From assembly GCA_039683575.1 (NCBI GenBank), contig JBDKRC010000243.1, positions 10,955 to 74,954 on the forward strand: a stretch of 64,000 nt of DNA, written 5' to 3'. The position numbers and the translations under genes are program-made. Positions within the stretch are counted from its first letter, which is position 1. Each line of letters opens with the position of its first letter. The DNA is from Armatimonadia bacterium. GTDB lineage: Bacteria > Armatimonadota > Zipacnadia > Zipacnadales > UBA11051. This document shows, piece by piece, positions 58,083-64,000 of this stretch. Under the pieces are notes generated by a model that made no database searches, was not told the origin of the DNA, and saw nothing but the letters and a program-made list of their open reading frames with translations.

Positions 58083-58922
58083 ATGATGAAGATCGGCTGC
58101 GGAACGGTCTGCTTCCGCAATCTGCCGCTGGAGGACGCCCTCAGGCGCATCGCCCGGGCTGGATACCACTGGGTGGAGACTCAGGCTACTGCGCCCTTCT
58201 GCCCGCACGTAGACCCCTGGCATGACAACCCCGAGGCGTTCAAGAGCCTCGTCGCCGACTGCGGATTCGAAGGCGTGACGGCCCTCTGGGCACCCCACGG
58301 CGCGATTCTCGCCGATCCCGAAGCCGTCGCAGGCGTGAGCGCAGCCCTGCAGTGGGCTCAGGCGGCAGGCATTCCCGTGGTCAACGCGGGCGACGGGCAG
58401 AAGCCGAAGGATATGTCTGAGGCCGACGCGCTTGCCTTGCTTGGAGAGCGTCTCTCAGCCATCCTCGAGGTCGCGCAGCGCTGCCAGGTGTTCGTCGCCA
58501 TTGAACCCCACGGAACCTTCTCCCTCACCCCGGCGGGCCTGGAGTCGATCATGGGCTTGTCAGAATCCCCATGGCTGGGCATCAACTACGACACCGCCAA
58601 CGTCCACCGCGCCACCTACGTCGAAACCGCCGCCGGAGCCTACAACTGGCAACCTGTAGGCGAGAGCGCGGATGAGGTGGCTACCCTGGAGCGCGTTATC
58701 TCACACGTGGTGCACTGCCACGTGAAGGACACCATCGGCGCGCGGTCGGTGGCTCTGGGGGAAGGAGAAGTGGACGTCCTCGGCTGCCTGCAGGTCCTCG
58801 ACAGGCACGGTTACGACGGCGTGGTCTCACTGGAGACAGAGGGGGACGAGGGACCCGACGAGATGGAGCAGATGATAGAACGCAGCCGGCGCTACCTGGA
58901 GGAAGCCCTGAGGCCCACATAG
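58083..58922 (+). CDS. Sugar phosphate isomerase/epimerase (xylose isomerase-like TIM barrel)
   Basis: MKIGCGTVCF...WVETQ...IEPHG...HCHVKD, with metal-ligand spacing typical of PF01261. Confidence 0.7.
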   Translation: MMKIGCGTVCFRNLPLEDALRRIARAGYHWVETQATAPFCPHVDPWHDNPEAFKSLVADCGFEGVTALWAPHGAILADPEAVAGVSAALQWAQAAGIPVVNAGDGQKPKDMSEADALALLGERLSAILEVAQRCQVFVAIEPHGTFSLTPAGLESIMGLSESPWLGINYDTANVHRATYVETAAGAYNWQPVGESADEVATLERVISHVVHCHVKDTIGARSVALGEGEVDVLGCLQVLDRHGYDGVVSLETEGDEGPDEMEQMIERSRRYLEEALRPT

Positions 58923-58946
58923 CGCCGGCTGACTCAATAACCCTTG

Positions 58947-60233
58947 CTACTTGAATTCCGGCAGGTAAGCCTTCTGCAGCTCAAGCATGTCATCCAGCAG
59001 CGCCCGCGCCTGCGCGATGCCGTGAATGCACGGGTCAAGCAACAGAGCCTGCAGGAGCAGCCGCTTATCTCGCGTGCGGTACGCCTCGGTCACGGTGCTG
59101 ATGATGTCGCACTGTAGCCGCAGGTGTGCCGCAAACGTCTCCGGGAGTGCCCCGACGGCCACCGGCTCAATTCCCTTGCGGCTAACGTGGGCAGGTACCT
59201 CGACCGCCGCTCCCTGCGGCAGGTTGGCGATCAGCGGGCCGTTGTTGAGCAAGTTGACCGCTGACACCCGCAGCGGTTGCTCCCGCTGCAGCGCGCCGAT
59301 GACCGCCACTGCCAACTCCCCACTGCTCCCTGCCACATCCTCAATCGGCACTTCGCCCCGTAGGAAGCGCACCACAGCGTTGTCCGGCACCGGCTCCCCT
59401 GTCACCTGCCGATTCTCCTGCCCATAGTGCCACTTCCGGCCGCAGAACTCGCCGCCGAAGGCGAAGTACTCGCCGATATGATCGTCGGAGGGGTAGCTGA
59501 GAACATCGAAGATACGAGCCAGTTGGCAATACAGCGGCGGCAGGCCCAGCGTATCGTCCTCCTGGACCTGTTGCAGCAGGCGCGGCAGGTGCTCGCTCCC
59601 ATCACGCCGGTCACGCACGGAAAGGGCGCAGAAGATGTGGTTGAGCCCCGCCGAGGTGACTTCCAGGTGCTCCTGCGGAATGCCGCTGAGACGGCTGGCG
59701 AGCCTCTCCAGGCCAAAGACCCCGTGGCAAAGCCCGATCGCTCGGACCTTGGTCAGGTGCAGGATTGCATGCAGAACGCGCGCTTCCGGGTTGGTGAAGT
59801 TCAGCAGCAGCGCCTCTGGGCATAGCTCCTCGATGTCGCGGCAGATGGGCAGGATGAGGTTGAAGCTGCGGAGCGCATGGAACAGCGCGCCGGGGCCGCC
59901 GTTCTCGCCGAGACAGTGGCTGACGCCGTGGGCCTGCGGGACGCGGAAGTCCTGTTCCCACAGCGCCATGCGCTGGATCGAGACGGCCGTGATGACGAAC
60001 TCGGCTCCGGGCAACGCCTCGCGGCGGTCGGTGGTGCTGGTGACCCGGGCGGCGCTGCCGTGGTGCTCTTTGAGCGCCTCCGCGAAAGCCGTCATGGTTG
60101 CGAGAGCACTGGGGTTGAGGTCCACCAGGCAGACCTCGAGATCGGGCAGTTGCCGCCCTGGCTCGCCCAGCAAGTCTGCGATAACGCCCCGTCCGAAGCT
60201 CGCACTACCAGCGCCTATGACAACGATCTTCAT
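58947..60233 (-). CDS. Glycoside hydrolase family 4 (NAD+/Mn2+-dependent glycosidase)
   Basis: MKIVVIGAGSASFG N-terminal dinucleotide fold, and conserved Cys/His region ...GLCHGV.... Confidence 0.8.
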   Translation of the reverse strand: MKIVVIGAGSASFGRGVIADLLGEPGRQLPDLEVCLVDLNPSALATMTAFAEALKEHHGSAARVTSTTDRREALPGAEFVITAVSIQRMALWEQDFRVPQAHGVSHCLGENGGPGALFHALRSFNLILPICRDIEELCPEALLLNFTNPEARVLHAILHLTKVRAIGLCHGVFGLERLASRLSGIPQEHLEVTSAGLNHIFCALSVRDRRDGSEHLPRLLQQVQEDDTLGLPPLYCQLARIFDVLSYPSDDHIGEYFAFGGEFCGRKWHYGQENRQVTGEPVPDNAVVRFLRGEVPIEDVAGSSGELAVAVIGALQREQPLRVSAVNLLNNGPLIANLPQGAAVEVPAHVSRKGIEPVAVGALPETFAAHLRLQCDIISTVTEAYRTRDKRLLLQALLLDPCIHGIAQARALLDDMLELQKAYLPEFK

Positions 60234-60389
60234 GGAACCAACTCCCTGAACGAAATGGCCTCACATCGGATACAGCCGGTCTTCACGTTCTGAATGACCA
60301 CACCTGAGCTGACCTCGCCCAGCCCAGGCAACAACATTCCGCCTCGCCAAGTCGATACCTTGGCGCCGCACCTCCGCCTCCCCCTCATG

Positions 60390-60418
60390 TTGACGCTCTT
60401 TTGGCGCGGGCGTATAAT
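60390..60418 (+). promoter_or_regulatory. Sigma70-like promoter: TTGACG-N17-TATAAT
   Basis: Consensus hexamers at 60390..60395 and 60413..60418, about 75 bp upstream of the ABC transporter start codon. Confidence 0.5.
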
Positions 60419-60491
60419 CCGCCAAGTGCGGCAAGCTTGCGCAGGTGTCGCAATTCCCTACCTCAATGAACACCCCTCGCGAGGTTCTCCC

Positions 60492-61772
60492 ATGCGATAC
60501 TGGCCTGTCATGCTGTTAGTCACCATGCCCGCTCTCCTTTTCACCGGCTGCGCGAAGAAGTCGGAACCTGCCGGCAAGCGGCAGACCACAAGCCTCAGCT
60601 TCCTCGCCATGGAGTATGACACCAACACCCGGCCTTTCATGGACAAGGTCAAGCAGCAGTTTGAGGCGGCTAACCCCGACATCAAGCTGAACATTGACGT
60701 CGTTGACTGGAACCTCGGCAAGGACAAGCTGGCCACCCTCGTCGCCGCCAATAACGCCCCCGACCTCGCCAACATCGCCACCATCTGGCTCCCCGAATAC
60801 GTGCAACTCGACGTCGTCGAGCCCGTTGACAGCTATCTCTCAACCGAAATGCGCGACCGCTTCCTGCCCGTCACCCTCCACGGCGCGGAATACCAGGGGA
60901 AGCTCTACGGCCTCCCCATAGCCGTCAGCGCCCGCGCCATGTACTACAACAAAGACCTTCTGGGCAACAACAAGCCCCCCACCAACTGGAAGGAACTGGT
61001 CACCGTCGCCAAGAAGTGCTCCAACCCCGCCAAGGGCATCTACGGCTTCGGCGTGCAGGGCTCCAAGGTCGAGACCGATGTCTACTGGTACTACTTCCTG
61101 TGGGCCAACAAGGGCGAAATCCTCTCCCCCGACGGCACCCAGGCGATCTTCAACAGCCCCGCTGGCGTAGAGGCCCTGCAGTTCGAGTGCGATCTGGTGC
61201 AGAAGAACAAAGTCACCGAACCCGAGCCGACCGCCTACGACCGCGAGGGCCTGCAGGAGATGTTCAAGGCCGGCAAGCTTGGCATGACCATCACCGGCCC
61301 GTGGTTCTGGAAGATGCTCAAGAAGGACGTGCCCAACCTCCACTACGGCGTGGCGCCCATCCCCGGCAACAAGCAGCAAAAGACCATGGCCGTCACCGAC
61401 AACCTGATCATGTTCAAGGCCTGCAAGAACAAGGAAGCGGCCTGGAAGTTCGTCGAGTTCTTCTACAAGCCCGAACTCCGCCAGGAATGGGCCGAGACCT
61501 TCGGCATGATTCCTGAACTCAAGTCCGTCGCACAGTCCGACTTCATCAAGAAGAGCCCTGAGTGGACCACCTTCCTCAGCCTCCTGGACTCCGGCGTCTT
61601 CGTCCCGCTGCACCCCCGCTGGACGGCCATCGCCAAGGAGATCGAAGTCGGCGTGCAGCAGGCCCTCCTCGGCGAAAAGACGCCCAAGGCCGCGCTCGAT
61701 GCCGCCAAGACCCGCGTGGACGCCCTGCTCAAAGAGCCGGCCACACCAGCAACTACCGCGCCCGCCAGTTGA
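60492..61772 (+). CDS. ABC transporter substrate-binding protein (sugar, family 1), probable lipoprotein
   Basis: MRYWPVMLLVTMPALLFTGC. Length and W/Y/K-rich composition typical of extracellular sugar-binding proteins. Confidence 0.8.
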   Translation: MRYWPVMLLVTMPALLFTGCAKKSEPAGKRQTTSLSFLAMEYDTNTRPFMDKVKQQFEAANPDIKLNIDVVDWNLGKDKLATLVAANNAPDLANIATIWLPEYVQLDVVEPVDSYLSTEMRDRFLPVTLHGAEYQGKLYGLPIAVSARAMYYNKDLLGNNKPPTNWKELVTVAKKCSNPAKGIYGFGVQGSKVETDVYWYYFLWANKGEILSPDGTQAIFNSPAGVEALQFECDLVQKNKVTEPEPTAYDREGLQEMFKAGKLGMTITGPWFWKMLKKDVPNLHYGVAPIPGNKQQKTMAVTDNLIMFKACKNKEAAWKFVEFFYKPELRQEWAETFGMIPELKSVAQSDFIKKSPEWTTFLSLLDSGVFVPLHPRWTAIAKEIEVGVQQALLGEKTPKAALDAAKTRVDALLKEPATPATTAPAS

Positions 61773-61911
61773 CCGCGGCCCCGTCCTCCCACCGTCAGGC
61801 CCGAAGGGCCGTAAGCTGCTAGCCAGGTCCGCAAGGGCCTGGTATCCGGCCATCTCAACATACCAGAGCCCCGCAGGGGCGGCAGCAACTACTTCCGGAG
61901 CCCGCCAAGGC

Positions 61912-62805
61912 ATGCAACGCGGTCGCACCACCCTAATCGCCTACCTCGCCCTCGCCCCGAGCGCCATTCTGGCGGTCGGGGTGATCTTCTACCCGATCCT
62001 GCGGACCTTCTATGCCGCCTTCTGCCAGGTGGACCGCAAGGGCAACCCAGGGGCCTTCGGCACCCTCGGTAACTTCCGCGCTGTCCTTGGCAGCGACGTC
62101 TTCCGCCAGCAGGTTGTCCCGCACACCATCCTCTGGACGGTAGTGGTCGTCGGCGTAACCATCGCCATCTCGCTCTTCGTGGCCGTAGCGCTCAACGAGC
62201 GCCTCCCTGGCCGCCGCCTCATGCGCTCCATCGTGATGCTCCCCTGGGCCACCTCTTTGGTCATCAGCGCCGCGGTGTGGAAGTGGATCCTCCATCCCAC
62301 CCAGGGCCCCCTCAACCGCCTCCTGGAGGGCTGGGGCTTCATGCCCTATGGCCAGGCCCCCGCGTGGCTCGCCCGCCCCGGCATGGCCATGGCCGCCGCC
62401 ATTGCCGTCGGCATCTGGGTCTCCATCCCCTTCACCTCGGTCGTTCTGCTGGCCGGGCTGCAGTCCATCGGCGATGACGTCTACGAGGCGGGTATCCTCG
62501 ACGGCGCCACAGGCTGGCGGCGCTTCCGCCACCTGACGCTCCCGCTCCTGCGCCCTGTGCTACTCGTCGCGGTCCTGCTCAACGTGATCTACGTCTTCAA
62601 CTCCTTCCCGATCATCTGGACCCTCACCGAGGGCGGCCCCGCTAACCAGACGCACATCATCGTCACGTACCTGTACCAGACCGCCATCTCCCAGCGCGAG
62701 TATGGCCAGGGCTACGCCATGGCTGTGCTGACCTTCGTCGTGCTGCTCGCCTTCTCGCTCATCTACACCCGTCTTCACTCCCGGGAGGGCTTGCAGGGCG
62801 AATGA
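61912..62805 (+). CDS. ABC transporter permease (MalF/UgpA-like)
   Basis: Six TM segments; EAA loop EAGILDGATGWRRFRHLTLP. Confidence 0.85.
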   Translation: MQRGRTTLIAYLALAPSAILAVGVIFYPILRTFYAAFCQVDRKGNPGAFGTLGNFRAVLGSDVFRQQVVPHTILWTVVVVGVTIAISLFVAVALNERLPGRRLMRSIVMLPWATSLVISAAVWKWILHPTQGPLNRLLEGWGFMPYGQAPAWLARPGMAMAAAIAVGIWVSIPFTSVVLLAGLQSIGDDVYEAGILDGATGWRRFRHLTLPLLRPVLLVAVLLNVIYVFNSFPIIWTLTEGGPANQTHIIVTYLYQTAISQREYGQGYAMAVLTFVVLLAFSLIYTRLHSREGLQGE

Positions 62806-63653
62806 GAACCTCCCGCTTGACCAAGACTGTCTTCATCTGCGGCATGATCCCGGTCATGCTGATCGTGCTGTTTCCCTTCGCGGTGATGATCACCACCGCC
62901 CTCAAGACGCCTGCGGCCATCTCCGCCCCCTCCGGGCCGGATCAGCCCTATCACTTCATCCCCACTGAGCCGCAGCCGTCGAACTTCATCGAGGTCTTCC
63001 GCGCGATGCCTCTGGCGCGCAACTTTGGCAACAGCCTCATCATCGCCCTCGGCGCCACCCTCCTGAACCTGCTTTGCGCCATCCCGGCCGCCTACGCCCT
63101 CGCACGGCTGGTCTTCCCCGGCAAGAAGGCCGTCCTCTTCCTGGTGCTCACTACCCAGATGTTCTCGCCCATAGTCCTGATCATCGCCCTCTTCGCCCAG
63201 TTCACCAACTACGGCCTGCTCGAGGGGGGGCGCGTCTACTTCGCGCTTATCATCGCCAACGCCGCCGCCTCCCTGGCCTTCGGCATCTGGCTACTCACCG
63301 GCTACTTCTCGACCATCCCCCAAGAGGTCGAAGAAGCCGCGCTCATTGACGGCTGCTCGCGCTTCCAGACCATCTCGCGCATCATCATCCCGGTCGCTCT
63401 GCCCGGCGTGGTGACCACGGTCATTTTCGCCTTCATCAGCGCCTGGAACGAGTTCGTCTTCGCCCTCACCTTCGTCTCCTCCGACGTCTACAAGCCGCTA
63501 ACAGTGGCGATCCCCAGCTTCATCGGCCAGTACGGCACCCAATGGCAATTGCTAATGGCCGCCGCCCTCCTGGCCACAATCCCCGTCGTAGCCCTGTTCC
63601 TGGGCATGGAAAAACACCTCGTCCGCGGCCTGACGGCTGGATCGATCAAGTAG
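62802..63653 (+). CDS. ABC transporter permease (MalG/UgpE-like)
   Basis: ATGA start/stop overlap with the upstream permease; EAA loop EEAALIDGCSRFQTISRIIIP. Confidence 0.85.
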   Translation: MRTSRLTKTVFICGMIPVMLIVLFPFAVMITTALKTPAAISAPSGPDQPYHFIPTEPQPSNFIEVFRAMPLARNFGNSLIIALGATLLNLLCAIPAAYALARLVFPGKKAVLFLVLTTQMFSPIVLIIALFAQFTNYGLLEGGRVYFALIIANAAASLAFGIWLLTGYFSTIPQEVEEAALIDGCSRFQTISRIIIPVALPGVVTTVIFAFISAWNEFVFALTFVSSDVYKPLTVAIPSFIGQYGTQWQLLMAAALLATIPVVALFLGMEKHLVRGLTAGSIK

Positions 63654-63778
63654 TGAACGAGTCCCGCCCGGCACTGCAAGCCGCCAGTGCCAGTGGCCGT
63701 TCGCTGGGAGCGCGGGCATCTCTGCCCGCTCGGGGTCCTGCACTCCCCCGGAAAATCACCAACTGAGATCAAACACGC

Positions 63779-64000
63779 ATGGCATGGTTCCAAAATCCCC
63801 CCAACCCGCTGCTTGAAGAGCGGGAATTTGCGCTAAGCCCCGACTACAGCCCCCTTCAGTGGGTCCTTCTGGCCCTCCTCTGGATAGTGCTCCTCCCGGT
63901 GTGCCTGCCCCTGTGGCTCCTCGGACGCTTGCTGGTTGGAGCGGTGGTCCTTAGTGGCACCATCGCCTTCTCCGTGGCCGAGAGGGTCTTCCATGGCCCA
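63779..64000 (+). CDS. Partial hypothetical membrane protein (3' end beyond window)
   Basis: Open frame from the ATG at 63779 to the window end: MAWFQNPPNPLLEEREFALSPDYSPLQWVLLALLWIVLLPVCLPLWLLG.... Confidence 0.3.
   Translation, partial: MAWFQNPPNPLLEEREFALSPDYSPLQWVLLALLWIVLLPVCLPLWLLGRLLVGAVVLSGTIAFSVAERVFHGP

Noticed and set aside
1-64000. Prophage, integrase, transposase or toxin-antitoxin content
   Set aside because: No ORF shows recombinase (Tyr/Ser), DDE transposase, phage structural or classical TA motifs by eye. The insertion-hotspot interpretation therefore rests on repeat structure and composition alone.
1-64000. tRNA, rRNA or other structured RNA genes
   Set aside because: I recognise no cloverleaf-like or rRNA-like segment by eye. 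The few intergenic regions are short and explained by promoters, terminators and the repeat elements. tRNAscan or Infernal would be needed to exclude them formally.

Overview
High-GC (about 65%) bacterial chromosomal segment, densely coding on both strands. I can support about 50 protein genes; I recognise no rRNA, tRNA, CRISPR array, integrase or transposase. Gene content is dominated by secreted or membrane-anchored hydrolases and carbohydrate-active enzymes. Confident housekeeping calls include glmM, nth, a lipid kinase, a creatininase-family protein and a CocE/NonD hydrolase. The heparinase II/III-like lyase, GH16 and GH4 calls rest on single motifs and are less certain. An NrpR-like regulator is divergently transcribed from a five-gene, archaeal-type split glutamate synthase cluster, with a GGAA-N6-TTCC operator-like site between them. 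A sugar ABC transporter follows a GH4 gene. Taxonomy is uncertain; it could be an uncultivated heterotroph (Planctomycetota-, Armatimonadota- or Verrucomicrobiota-like) but I cannot verify this. The most unusual structure is in the non-coding and repeat layer. (1) The 3' end of a Gfo/Idh/MocA oxidoreductase gene is repeated three times in direct orientation, bracketing two cargo ORFs, one of them markedly low-GC, which looks like a tandem insertion hotspot. (2) A dyad-symmetric element with nested hairpins occurs upstream of two hydrolase genes, with compensatory substitutions between copies. (3) A 25-nt GC-rich palindromic element occurs three times, twice inserted in-frame inside coding sequence. 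(4) CAGGATG direct-repeat arrays sit upstream of several minus-strand genes. (5) Proteins with unusual architectures include a membrane protein with a metallothionein-like tail, a Met-rich periplasmic protein and a DUF2330–pseudopilin–β-propeller fusion. All functional calls are by eye from motifs; none were confirmed by database search.
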